Position numbers and translations under genes: made by a program | The notes under the pieces: model-generated | What the model was told of the DNA's origin: nothing | The model's database searches: none | Seen by the model: the letters and a program-made list of their open reading frames with translations, nothing else | In this document: in pieces, positions 16,242 through 25,776 of the stretch | Layout of the letters: each line of letters begins with the position of its first letter | Position numbering within the stretch: position 1 is the first letter of the stretch | Assembly (NCBI GenBank): GCA_945877765.1 | Contig: CAMDWQ010000012.1 | Span: 1 to 64,000 of the forward strand | Direction of reading: 5' to 3' | Source of the DNA: Candidatus Omnitrophota bacterium | Lineage (GTDB): Bacteria; Omnitrophota; Gorgyraeia; 2-02-FULL-51-18 | DNA length: 64,000 nucleotides

Positions 16242-17425
16242 CAGTGTGTCCTGGGAAGTCTCGGGGAGGGTGTGGCCCCTTTCTTACGAAATAACCGCTC
16301 TTTTGCCAACTTTGCAAAAACATTAAACGCATTTCTTTCGCGGAATTTTACGGCAAGCTTAATGGTCTCAATCACTGCCCATACCGCATAGACCACTGTA
16401 ATTTCTTCGCGGATGCCAGGAAAAAAGAACTGCGCAATCCACAAAACAAAGAGCCCTACCGCTTCCCGCCAATTAAAATCCATGCTCGCCAGAAAAAGAA
16501 ACCCCAGATAGGACTGCACGATCGTCAAAAGAATCTCCAGTTGTTGATGAGAATCAAACACGATCGGATTAGAAGACTTTGTCGCATAAGCAAAAATAAA
16601 AGGAATAGTAGCCACCAGGATCGTCCATTGATTGATCGAGGAAGAAACAAAATTCGTCAGTGCCATAGGCGCTTTGGATACTTTGCGGGCCCAATGAAAA
16701 GCGGAAAGTTTTTCAGGAAACTCGCTTAAGAAAGGCGCCATCCATTGGACAAATACAAACTGTGAAATCCCAAAAGTGACCGCCAGCGCCAGCATGGAAT
16801 CAAGAAATGGATGCGCGCCAAACCAAAGAATCAGCGTCCCTGTTGCCAGCAAAGCAAATATCGCAAAATAGCTGCGCGGCTTGCCTAGCTTCATCACCCA
16901 GCGCGGAACACGGCCCAAGTCCTCAAGTCCTTCGGCATCCTGAGGAGGCATGAGCGATAGGAGGTAAAGGTAAAAGAAATAGATCGCGGCCAGCGCTACC
17001 CCATCCCACATCGAAAGCGTTGCTTTCAAATAAATCCACACAAAATAAGCCAGCGCCGGCAATAGCGCCAGCACCGTGATGGAATGCTCCTCTTCCATTT
17101 GAATCGCCATCAATTCTTTCTTGCCTGTCTTTTTTTGTCGAAAGTACCAAGCAACAAAGTACACCATCGGCCAGCCCAGGCCGACAAAAAGACGCAAAGA
17201 TCCCGTAAAATTGGCAGTAATCAAATGCATTTGCTCAGGATTAGTGGCCGCTTCCATCGTGATGGCGGCCTCCACGGCAAACTCAGGAAGAGTCTGCACC
17301 CACGCCAGCACCGCCAGCGCCAGCCCTTGCGAAATATAAAATTGACCGCACTCCGCCGCCCAGGCAATAAGAATTGCCGCGAATATGATTGCCGGAAATG
17401 TCCAAAGGGCGTGTAAGGATTCCAT
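16241..17425 (-). CDS. Polytopic membrane protein, possibly a CaCA-type cation antiporter
   Basis: About 10 TM helices. The internal repeat with ...TLPEFAVEAAI... resembles the GxSxPE alpha-repeat of Na+/Ca2+ exchangers (weak). Confidence 0.45.
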   Translation of the reverse strand: MESLHALWTFPAIIFAAILIAWAAECGQFYISQGLALAVLAWVQTLPEFAVEAAITMEAATNPEQMHLITANFTGSLRLFVGLGWPMVYFVAWYFRQKKTGKKELMAIQMEEEHSITVLALLPALAYFVWIYLKATLSMWDGVALAAIYFFYLYLLSLMPPQDAEGLEDLGRVPRWVMKLGKPRSYFAIFALLATGTLILWFGAHPFLDSMLALAVTFGISQFVFVQWMAPFLSEFPEKLSAFHWARKVSKAPMALTNFVSSSINQWTILVATIPFIFAYATKSSNPIVFDSHQQLEILLTIVQSYLGFLFLASMDFNWREAVGLFVLWIAQFFFPGIREEITVVYAVWAVIETIKLAVKFRERNAFNVFAKLAKERLFRKKGATPSPRLPRTH

Positions 17426-17514
17426 AGGGTTCTTATCATAGCATGAGGCCTGACAGCTGTCACTTTTTTGGGAGTTTAATGGCTGGCAGCGGCCTGGTTT
17501 TTAAGCGTACTGCT

Positions 17515-18345
17515 TTAAAATTGGTTGGTTAAATTCGCCCATTCCTGCAAAGTAAGCGTTTCCGGCCGGCGCATGGGGTCTACACCAATGGCGCGAAGCG
17601 TCGCATCTAGGTTTTTTTTTGAAAACACAGCGTCCTCATCAGAAGCCAGCGCATTTAAGAGCGTTTTTCGCCTTTTTTGGAAAGCTCGGCGGACAATCGA
17701 AAAGAAAAGAGCTGTATTCTTCACTTCATGCTCCGCTTTTTTAAGAAAAGTAAGACGTATCACCGCCGAATCCACTTTAGGCGCGGGAGAAAACGAAGCA
17801 GCTTTTATTCTTTTTAAAATCGAAACTTCCGCGTGATACCGCAAAAAAACAGATAGCGGCCCCCAGGCTTTAGTGCCGGGCTTTGCTTCCAACCGTTCGG
17901 CTACCTCCCACTGGACCGTCAGCACAGCCGCCAACACAAAATCCTTCTGGAGAATTAACCATTCGAGAATTGGGCTTGTGATGTTATAGGGAATATTGGC
18001 ACACACTTGAACCGGCAAGCCGCCAGATAAATCAGAAATCTTCGTTTCTAAGATATCCCCCTCCACGACCTGGAATTTTTTATTTTTAAAATAGTTTTTT
18101 AGAAAATCAACGTAAGCCGGATCCTTTTCCACCGCGATGACATCGGCCCCGTGACTTAGCAAGAAGCGTGTCAAAAAACCAAGTCCCGGCCCGATCTCTA
18201 TCACTTTTTCGTCTTTTTTAAAATTGGGCGTATTGGCAATAAACTCAAGCACGCCTTCATCTACCATAAAATTCTGCCCGAGTTTTTTCCGAGCGGCGGC
18301 TTCAAGATTGCGAAGCAGGTACTTGGCTTCTTCTTTAAGTTCGGG
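17515..18345 (-). CDS. rsmA: 16S rRNA (adenine1518/1519-N6) dimethyltransferase RsmA/KsgA
   Basis: GQNFMVDEG motif plus a SAM-binding region VIEIGPGLGFLT. The likely start is MPELKEE (about 18345), not the longer track ORF. Confidence 0.85.
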   Translation of the reverse strand, partial: PELKEEAKYLLRNLEAAARKKLGQNFMVDEGVLEFIANTPNFKKDEKVIEIGPGLGFLTRFLLSHGADVIAVEKDPAYVDFLKNYFKNKKFQVVEGDILETKISDLSGGLPVQVCANIPYNITSPILEWLILQKDFVLAAVLTVQWEVAERLEAKPGTKAWGPLSVFLRYHAEVSILKRIKAASFSPAPKVDSAVIRLTFLKKAEHEVKNTALFFSIVRRAFQKRRKTLLNALASDEDAVFSKKNLDATLRAIGVDPMRRPETLTLQEWANLTNQF

Positions 18346-19369
18346 CATGGCGTTTTCGGTGGGCAGAAATTTGAATGGCAAGGCGTATCGCTTCCAGCAT
18401 AGACCCGGGATCCGCTTTAAAGCTCGAAGCAATGTCATACGCGGTGCCATGATCAGGCGATGTCCGCACAAAAGGAAGGCCCAGCGTCACGTTCACTCCA
18501 TGACCGCGAGAAATCATCTTTAGCGGAATCAACCCCTGGTCGTGGTACATACAAATCTGGGCGTCATATTTCCCCTGATAAGCATCATAAAAAAGCGCAT
18601 CAGGCGATAAAGGGCCCGTGACAACTCCTTTGATCTTTTTTTTAGCTGAGATAACCGCGGGACGAATCTGTTCAATTTCTTCACGGCCAAAACTTCCCTT
18701 TTCGCCCGCGTGAGGATTTAACCCGCAAACCACCAGTCGAGGCCTTTGAATTCCAAACGATCGACGCAGCTCAAAATCAGCCATCAGGATGGTTTCCTCG
18801 ACTCTATTTTTTAAAATTTTTGAGGGCACATCTTTTATCGCCACGTGCCGCGTCACCAACACCGTTCGAAGTGGTCCGCCAACGAGCATCATTTCATATT
18901 TTTTTGTTCCCGAAAGCTCGGCTAAGTACTCCGTGTGACCCGGCATCATAAAACCAGCCTTCTTTAAGCCAGCCTTGTTAATGGGCGCCGTCACAATGGC
19001 TTCAACCTTCCCTTGCATGGCAAGACTAGCCGCCAGATCAATCGATGCTACCGCCAAACGTGTCTGCGCGTCGACCGATCGGCCCAACACCACTTTTTTG
19101 GAGTAAGCCCTATCAAAAAAATAAACTAAAGGGATTTTGACTGATAGCTTTCGCAGAAGCTGGGAATAAATCGTTTCAGGTCCCAATAAAACAATATTTT
19201 TTCTTTCAAAGGGAGTGAGCCGGGCAAGCGCTTTTAGAGTTACTTCGGGACCGATGCCGCCGGGGTCTCCCAACGTGATGGCAACTCGCCAGGCTGCGCC
19301 CTGAGCCTGTCGAAGGGCGGAGTGCTGAGCCTGCCGAAGCGCAAAGTCCTGAGCCTGTCGAAGGATCAC
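18335..19369 (-). CDS. pdxA: 4-hydroxythreonine-4-phosphate dehydrogenase PdxA (GTG start, N-terminal repeat extension)
   Basis: VAITLGDPGGIGPEV motif. The N-terminal roughly 28 aa are encoded by three tandem 24-bp repeats. Confidence 0.85.
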   Translation of the reverse strand: MILRQAQDFALRQAQHSALRQAQGAAWRVAITLGDPGGIGPEVTLKALARLTPFERKNIVLLGPETIYSQLLRKLSVKIPLVYFFDRAYSKKVVLGRSVDAQTRLAVASIDLAASLAMQGKVEAIVTAPINKAGLKKAGFMMPGHTEYLAELSGTKKYEMMLVGGPLRTVLVTRHVAIKDVPSKILKNRVEETILMADFELRRSFGIQRPRLVVCGLNPHAGEKGSFGREEIEQIRPAVISAKKKIKGVVTGPLSPDALFYDAYQGKYDAQICMYHDQGLIPLKMISRGHGVNVTLGLPFVRTSPDHGTAYDIASSFKADPGSMLEAIRLAIQISAHRKRHART

Positions 19370-20331
19370 GAGCGAATCGAGATATAGGCGTTTTTACGCA
19401 GGCCGGCTATCCAAGTGTCGATTCTTCTTTTTACTTTCTCTTTAAAAATTAAATCCTGAATCTGATCGCGCACCTCTGCTAGCGGTTTTGCGGAAGCAGC
19501 CTGCTTCTCAGTGACTTTAAAGAGATGGTAACCAAGAGCACTTTTGATGGGTGGTGTCGTTTCGCCTAGAGGAATTAAAAAAACTTTTTCATCAATTTCT
19601 CCCAGCAGCTGCCCTTTCTCTACCCAACCCATTTCACCGCCGGCCTTGGCTTCAGTGCCTTCCGAGTAGGTTTTCGCCAACTCTTCAAACGGCTTACCCT
19701 CTTTAATTTGCGCGGCAAGGCTATCGGCAAATACTTTTGCTTCCTCGGCTGAGCGCGAACCCTCTCGCACAAGGATTTGCTGGAGTTTGACACGCTCGTT
19801 TTGGGTAAAATCAGACTCATGCGCCTTGTAATGAGCGCTAATTTCTCCCGGAGACACAGACACTTTGGACCGCACCTCATAATTGACAAATTTTTGAGTC
19901 ATCGTCTGATCGTGAAACCGGTTCCATAACCGCTTTTCGGTCAACCCCTGATCGTCCAGCGCTTTCAAAAATTGTTCGCGGTCGGGAAATTTATTACGTA
20001 CTTCCGTCAGCATCTCATCCACTTCGATATCCTTGACGATCACCAATTTTCTTTTTGCTTCGCTTAAGATTAGTTTATCCTCAATCAGTTTATTTAAAAA
20101 TTCCTGCCTGGCGGATTTAAGCCTGGCATCGAGTTCCCCGCCAGTATAAAGCGTCCTGAATTGAGCCGACACCGGAGCCATCACTAAATCTAGATCATGG
20201 TCGGTAATAATCTCATCGTTAACGACGGCGACAATTCGCTCAATGACCTCGTTAGCCCTAGCGGGGACCGCTGCAAAGAAGCATCCCGCAAAAAGAAGGC
20301 CCAATAGAATAGAATGTGTATTTTTTTTCAT
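19366..20331 (-). CDS. SurA-like periplasmic chaperone / parvulin-type peptidyl-prolyl isomerase
   Basis: Signal peptide, SurA N-domain-like region, and a parvulin PPIase domain (GGEMGWV...GYHLFKV). It sits upstream of pdxA-rsmA as in the surA-pdxA-ksgA arrangement. Confidence 0.7.
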   Translation of the reverse strand: MKKNTHSILLGLLFAGCFFAAVPARANEVIERIVAVVNDEIITDHDLDLVMAPVSAQFRTLYTGGELDARLKSARQEFLNKLIEDKLILSEAKRKLVIVKDIEVDEMLTEVRNKFPDREQFLKALDDQGLTEKRLWNRFHDQTMTQKFVNYEVRSKVSVSPGEISAHYKAHESDFTQNERVKLQQILVREGSRSAEEAKVFADSLAAQIKEGKPFEELAKTYSEGTEAKAGGEMGWVEKGQLLGEIDEKVFLIPLGETTPPIKSALGYHLFKVTEKQAASAKPLAEVRDQIQDLIFKEKVKRRIDTWIAGLRKNAYISIRS

Positions 20332-21185
20332 GATTTTAGTTTCAGGGCTTCCAGTTTCTTCTCATCCACATCCACCCTGACGTTTCCTTTCAGTTTTTCC
20401 ACCAGCGCCCTAAAAGCCCTGGATCTTTTTTCGCTGACAAGCCGTTGCTCGACAAGACCTTTCACATCACGAAATTCTCTTAAAGTTGGCTCGAGACTAT
20501 CCGTCAATCGGATCACATGGTATCCAAACGGAGACTTAATCGGGCCGTTTAACTCCCCCTTCTTCATCTTAAAAACAACTTCCTCAAACTCGGGCACAAA
20601 ACGCCCTTTTTGAAAAAAACCAAGATCCCCTCCACGAATCGCCGTCGCGTCCAACGAATTCCGGCGGGCCATGTCCTCAAAATCAGCCCCTTGCAAAATA
20701 GCTTCTTTGATCAAAGCCGCTTCTTGCTCGGTTTTGACAAGGATATGCGACGCGCGCAGAGTCAGCGTCGTCATAAATTCCTCTTTGTGGGACTGATAGT
20801 ATTTCTGCGCTTCGTCAGCACCCAGCACTATTTTATCATCCACTTCCTTCTCTACCAAACGCGCAATTAGGATCTTGCGATGAGCCGATTCCAGAAGCGC
20901 TTGGACTTCGGGGTCCTTTTCAAGGTTGCGCTTTTTAGCTTCCTTGCTTAAAAAATGTTCCGCCACTAGGTCCTCCAGAAATTCTTTTTTCCGGCGAATG
21001 ACAAAATTCTGCACATCCTTGGGCATTCCTTCAATCCTTTGGATAAATTCCGTGTCCGTGAGGGTTACGCCGTCAAAACGAGCCAACACGGCGCCGCCCG
21101 AAGATTTGGACGAGCATCCGATTAGAAATAAAGCTAAAATGAAGAAGGAGATTTTTTTCATTGGCATGCTGATATTGGGTTCCAA
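20328..21185 (-). CDS. Parvulin-type peptidyl-prolyl isomerase (lipoprotein-like signal)
   Basis: FFILALFLIGCSS lipobox-like signal, then a PPIase domain (GGDLGFF...GYHVIRL). Confidence 0.65.
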   Translation of the reverse strand: MEPNISMPMKKISFFILALFLIGCSSKSSGGAVLARFDGVTLTDTEFIQRIEGMPKDVQNFVIRRKKEFLEDLVAEHFLSKEAKKRNLEKDPEVQALLESAHRKILIARLVEKEVDDKIVLGADEAQKYYQSHKEEFMTTLTLRASHILVKTEQEAALIKEAILQGADFEDMARRNSLDATAIRGGDLGFFQKGRFVPEFEEVVFKMKKGELNGPIKSPFGYHVIRLTDSLEPTLREFRDVKGLVEQRLVSEKRSRAFRALVEKLKGNVRVDVDEKKLEALKLKS

Positions 21186-21206
21186 TATACCACTTTCATT
21201 GTTTCC

Positions 21207-23120
21207 TTAGGAACTTTTCTTAAGCGCTTGCACGGTTTCTCTCAATATCCGACAATACAAATCAAAGCCAATGCTTGAAATATAGCCGTGCTGCTCGGTC
21301 CCAAGAATGTTCCCCGCGCCGCGAATCTCAAGGTCTTCCATCGCCACATTAAAACCGGAGCCTAAATAGCTAAATTTTTCAATGGCGGTAAGCTTCCGAC
21401 GGGACTCTTCGGTCAAAATGGTGCCCTTGGGCACCAACAGATAAGCATACGCGCTACGGTCAAACCTTCCCACTCTCCCCCTGAGCTGGTACAGCTCCGA
21501 TAGCCCAAAGTGGTCTGCTCGATTAATGATCAGCGTATTAGCATTGGGAATATCGATTCCCGATTCAACGATCGTCGTAGACACCAACACATCCACTTCT
21601 CCGTGAATAAATTTTTTCATGACGTCCTCCAGTATCCGCGAGGGCATCTGCCCATGCCCCATGGCGATCCTAGCCCCGGGAACCAACTGGGATATTTTTT
21701 TAACAATTCCCTCAATTCCTTTGACGCGATTATGAATAAAAAAAACCTGCCCCTTGCGCGAGAGCTCTTTAAGTATCGCCTGCCGAATGACCGCATCGCT
21801 GGCTTCCATCACCATGGTCTTTACGGGTTTGCGTCCGGCAGGCGGCGTGTTGATCGTCGACATATCCCGGGTCCCCACCAAGGACATGTAAAGCGTACGC
21901 GGAATCGGCGTCGCGGTAAGCGTCAAGACATCCACCACAAGCCTTAATTTTTTTAAATGCTCTTTGTGCCGCACCCCAAAACGTTGTTCCTCATCAATCA
22001 CGACCAGTCCCAAGTTTTTAAAGGACACATCCCGCGACAAAAGACGGTGAGTGCCAATCACGATGTCACATCCTCCGCTTTGGATCGCCGCCACGGATTC
22101 TTTAAGCTGGCTGGGCGTCTGGAAACGAGAAAGCATGCGAATCGACACGGGGAAATTTTTCATCCGTTGGCTGAATGTTTCATAGTGTTGCTCCGCCAAA
22201 AGTGTGGTCGGCACAAGAATGGCCACCTGCCGCCCGCCCATGACGACCTTAAACGCGGCGCGCAAAGCGACCTCCGTCTTCCCATAACCCACGTCCCCAC
22301 ACAACAACCGGTCCATGGGTGCCGCCGATTCCAGATCCGCCTTCACCGCTTCAAGCGCCTTTTCCTGATCCGGTGTTTCTTGGTAAGGAAATTCGTCTTC
22401 CAGTTTTTTTTGCCATTCGGTGTCGGGCGCAAAACGATGGCCCTGGAGCAAGCGCCGCTTCGCTTGCACGTCCAACAGTTCCGTGGCAAAAGAAAGCACC
22501 CCTTTTTGAGTTTTTTCCTTTAATTTTTCCCAAACTTTAGAACCAAGACGCGACAAATCGGGCCGTATCTTTCCAAAAGCAATGTAGCGCTGAATCAAAT
22601 GCAAATCTCGCAGAGGCACGTACAGAAAATTCTTCTGGGCAAATTCCAAAGCCAGATGATCGCCTTCCTCAAGATCCTGTTGATTCTTAATTTTTTTTAT
22701 GCCGCGAAATCGTGAAATACCGTGAAGCACATGAACCACCAAATCCCCCGGTTCAATATCAACAAAAGGGTCTAGCGGCGCTTCATAGCCTTGTACTGAA
22801 AGAAATTCCTTGGGTCGGACATGTTTGCCCTGGTGAGAGCCGCTTTTAATCGGCAAGATCATCAACATCTGATGAGGCTCAAGACGCTGCCCCGTCTGGG
22901 GGTCGTAGGTATAAATACTTTCAACAAGATCGTGATTGAGCTCCATGCGGACAGGCAGAGAAAAATGGGTAGGGAAAATATCGACGATACTGCCGCGAAT
23001 GCCAAAGTCGCCCTCGACAGCCGGCAATTCACAGCGGCGGTAACCAAATCCAATCAAAGTGCGGGCAATGGTTTCAAATTGAATCTGTTTGCCGGAATAA
23101 AACTCAAGAGTTTCAAACAT
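21207..23120 (-). CDS. mfd: Transcription-repair coupling factor (Mfd)-like helicase lacking the N-terminal UvrB-homology domains
   Basis: 637 aa. Tudor-like RNAP-interaction region, then SF2 helicase motifs ([24 protein letters not shown], and the TRG-like motif TATPIPRTL). Confidence 0.8.
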   Translation of the reverse strand: MFETLEFYSGKQIQFETIARTLIGFGYRRCELPAVEGDFGIRGSIVDIFPTHFSLPVRMELNHDLVESIYTYDPQTGQRLEPHQMLMILPIKSGSHQGKHVRPKEFLSVQGYEAPLDPFVDIEPGDLVVHVLHGISRFRGIKKIKNQQDLEEGDHLALEFAQKNFLYVPLRDLHLIQRYIAFGKIRPDLSRLGSKVWEKLKEKTQKGVLSFATELLDVQAKRRLLQGHRFAPDTEWQKKLEDEFPYQETPDQEKALEAVKADLESAAPMDRLLCGDVGYGKTEVALRAAFKVVMGGRQVAILVPTTLLAEQHYETFSQRMKNFPVSIRMLSRFQTPSQLKESVAAIQSGGCDIVIGTHRLLSRDVSFKNLGLVVIDEEQRFGVRHKEHLKKLRLVVDVLTLTATPIPRTLYMSLVGTRDMSTINTPPAGRKPVKTMVMEASDAVIRQAILKELSRKGQVFFIHNRVKGIEGIVKKISQLVPGARIAMGHGQMPSRILEDVMKKFIHGEVDVLVSTTIVESGIDIPNANTLIINRADHFGLSELYQLRGRVGRFDRSAYAYLLVPKGTILTEESRRKLTAIEKFSYLGSGFNVAMEDLEIRGAGNILGTEQHGYISSIGFDLYCRILRETVQALKKSS

Positions 23121-23126
23121 CGTAGA

Positions 23127-24830
23127 CTACATTTTTAGAGGAGCGGAAACCCCCAGAAGCCCGAGGCCCTGGCGCAATACCAACTGCGTGCAGTCAATCA
23201 ACACCAACCGCGCCGCCGTCAATTCATCATCTTCGGTCACCACACGGTTCTCCGCATAAAAGCGATGGAAGGCAGCTGCCAGCTCCATCAAGTAAGGCAC
23301 CAGGCGGTAGGGCTCAAGGGTATTGGCCGCGCCTAGCACGGCCTCCCCAAAACCGGACAATAGCTGCATCAGGCGTATCTCTTGAGCGCTAGAAAGCTTG
23401 TTTAAAATTGGGGGCGCCACTGCCTCTGAAAAAGCGCTGGGCAGAGCCCCTGTTTTTTCCTTAAAAGCATTTTTAATACTTTCAATTCTCGCGTGGGCAT
23501 ACTGAATGTAAAAAGCGGGGTTTTCCGGCGTCTGGCTCTTGGCAAGCGCCAGATCAAAATCAAGATGCGCATCAAATTTTCTCATTACAAAAAAGAACCG
23601 TCCCGCATCTTTTCCCACCTCGTCCAAAATCTGCCGAAGGGTCACAAACTCCCCCGCCCGCGTCGACATACGTACCTGCTTATCCCCTTCAAACAAGGTA
23701 ACCAATTGCGCAATCAGCACCCGGACTTGGTTCGGATCATGCCCCAGCGCCGCCTGGGAGGCCTTTAGACGCGCAATATACCCGTGATGGTCAGGCCCCA
23801 AAATATCGATAATCTCGTCGAACCCACGCTTAAACTTCTCGTGGTGGTAAGCAATGTCCGGAGTCAGATAGGTGTAGCTCTTATCGCTTTTAATCAACAC
23901 ACGATCTTTGTCATCGCCAAAATCAGTCGAGCGCAGCCACACCGCCCCTTCGCCTTCATAGACAACCCCTTTATCCTTAAGTTCCTGGAGAGTTTTTTCA
24001 ACTTTCCCAGAAGTGCCGAGCTCCTTCTGGCTGTAATAATGATCGAAGGTGACGCTAAAATCCGCCAAGTCCTTCTGAATCCCTAAAAAAATAGTGTCTT
24101 TGGAATAATCGGTACAAAGCGCCAGGCGTTCTGCGGTCGGCATTTGGCGTAGCTTATCGGCGCCCTGCTCGGCAATCAGCTTTTCGGCAATAGCCGCTAG
24201 GTAATCGCCTCGGTAATAATTTTCAGGAATTTCGTTCGAAGTTCCCGTCAATTTTTCTTCCACGCGGAAATCCAAAGACTTTCCCAATGTCTGAATTTGC
24301 ACGCCCTCGTCGTTGTTATAATATTCCTTGGTAACGCGGTGACCGCAAAATTGGAGAATCTTGGCCAGTGCATCCCCCAGCGCCGCTTGTCGTCCGTGGG
24401 CAACCGTCAAAGGTCCGGTGGGATTAGCGCTGACAAATTCCAGGAGAATGTTTCTTTTGGTTTCCGGCACCAAGCGTCCAAAATCAGCCCGTTCTTTTTT
24501 AATCCGGTTCAAAACGCCGGTAATCTGGTCTCTGGTATAGTAAAAATTAATAAAGCCGGGACCCTCCACCGCAATCTTCTCCAAACCACTGGCTAGCGTT
24601 GAGGCTTGTATCGCCTGCCAGAGTTCTTTTGAAAAAGTTTCCGCTAGGGCACGCGGCGGTCTTTTGGTCTCTTTGGCAATTTTTAAAATTAGGTGAGTCG
24701 AGAGATCCCCAAATTTTTCCTCCTTGGGAACTTGAAGCGATGCTTCCACTTCCGCTTCGGAGATAGAAACGGGGTAAGCTTTTAATGTTTCCAAAAAAAG
24801 ATGGGTAAGTTGTTTTCTGACGTCGTTCAT
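23127..24830 (-). CDS. argS: Arginine--tRNA ligase
   Basis: 567 aa. HIGH-region SANPTGPLTVAHGR and the C-terminal DALR anticodon-binding region. Confidence 0.9.
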   Translation of the reverse strand: MNDVRKQLTHLFLETLKAYPVSISEAEVEASLQVPKEEKFGDLSTHLILKIAKETKRPPRALAETFSKELWQAIQASTLASGLEKIAVEGPGFINFYYTRDQITGVLNRIKKERADFGRLVPETKRNILLEFVSANPTGPLTVAHGRQAALGDALAKILQFCGHRVTKEYYNNDEGVQIQTLGKSLDFRVEEKLTGTSNEIPENYYRGDYLAAIAEKLIAEQGADKLRQMPTAERLALCTDYSKDTIFLGIQKDLADFSVTFDHYYSQKELGTSGKVEKTLQELKDKGVVYEGEGAVWLRSTDFGDDKDRVLIKSDKSYTYLTPDIAYHHEKFKRGFDEIIDILGPDHHGYIARLKASQAALGHDPNQVRVLIAQLVTLFEGDKQVRMSTRAGEFVTLRQILDEVGKDAGRFFFVMRKFDAHLDFDLALAKSQTPENPAFYIQYAHARIESIKNAFKEKTGALPSAFSEAVAPPILNKLSSAQEIRLMQLLSGFGEAVLGAANTLEPYRLVPYLMELAAAFHRFYAENRVVTEDDELTAARLVLIDCTQLVLRQGLGLLGVSAPLKM

Positions 24831-24832
24831 GA

Positions 24833-25165
24833 TTATCCGGCGTTATTTAAATATTTCTTTTTAGGAGCGTCGCCCCAGAGGTTTTCAATGTCATAATATC
24901 TTCTCACATCATTATAAAATACGTGCACCACGACATCCCCATAATCCATCAAAATCCACTGCGCGTCACGATAGCCTTCTTTATGCCTGACACGCAAACC
25001 TTCTTCCTTTTCCATGGTATCTTCAATGTGGTCTGCAATTGTTTTCACGCGTACGGATGAAGGCGCTCCCATCAGGATGAAATATTCGCATATCGTGGAG
25101 CGTTGACCCATCTCCATCACGACAATATCCTCGGCCTTGCGGTCGTAGGCAGTTTTACAGATCAA
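24833..25165 (-). CDS. rsfS: Ribosomal silencing factor RsfS (Iojap family)
   Basis: 110 aa. DIVVMEM...CEYFILMGAPSSVRVKTIADHI is the RsfS pattern, and it sits next to nadD as is commonly conserved. Confidence 0.8.
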   Translation of the reverse strand: MICKTAYDRKAEDIVVMEMGQRSTICEYFILMGAPSSVRVKTIADHIEDTMEKEEGLRVRHKEGYRDAQWILMDYGDVVVHVFYNDVRRYYDIENLWGDAPKKKYLNNAG

Positions 25166-25209
25166 TTCAATCTTCTTCTTTGTGTCGATGTCAGACCTCC
25201 GCTATTTTA

Positions 25210-25776
25210 TTATTTTGAAAAATATTTTTTTAGATCCGCCGCAATAGCCTTTGGCACCAAATCTTGAACTGACTTTTTAGCACGCAGCCGCTTCCTGAGC
25301 CCCGAGGAAGAGACATCCAAAGCTTCAAATGGCAACTGCAGTACGGGGAAATGGGTATTCTCCCATTGAAACCCAGGACGCGAAGCCACGACGAAGTTGC
25401 AGAGCTTAAAAATTTTCTCCACCGACTTCCACTGCGATAAATTTTTCAAGGAATCCAGCCCGGCTAAAAAATATATCTTTGCATTTTTGCCAACCTTACG
25501 TCTAAAAAAATTTAAGGTGTCCACCGTATAAGATTTCCCGCCGCGGTCAATCTCACAGGTTGAAACTGAGAAATCGGGATAGGTTTTAAGCGATTTTTTT
25601 AAGAGTTGTACACGAAAAGACGCCGGCAGTAGGTCCTTGTCGGACTTAAGCGGCGGTTGGAATGACGGGACAAAATAAACATGGCTCAAGTTTAGCTGGG
25701 AAAATGCCGACTCAGCAAGCGCCAGATGACCGCAGTGCACGGGGTTAAAGCTTCCACCAAAAACGCCGATACGCAT
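25210..25776 (-). CDS. nadD: Nicotinate-nucleotide adenylyltransferase
   Basis: GVFGGSFNPVHCGHL nucleotidyltransferase (H/T)xGH motif. Confidence 0.85.
   Translation of the reverse strand: MRIGVFGGSFNPVHCGHLALAESAFSQLNLSHVYFVPSFQPPLKSDKDLLPASFRVQLLKKSLKTYPDFSVSTCEIDRGGKSYTVDTLNFFRRKVGKNAKIYFLAGLDSLKNLSQWKSVEKIFKLCNFVVASRPGFQWENTHFPVLQLPFEALDVSSSGLRKRLRAKKSVQDLVPKAIAADLKKYFSK

Noticed and set aside
17440-17470. Hairpin tgacagctgtca plus a T-run, terminator-like on the plus strand between the antiporter-like gene and rsmA
   Set aside because: Its orientation is wrong for the minus-strand genes. It could stop antisense transcription, but with no plus-strand gene nearby I did not call a feature.
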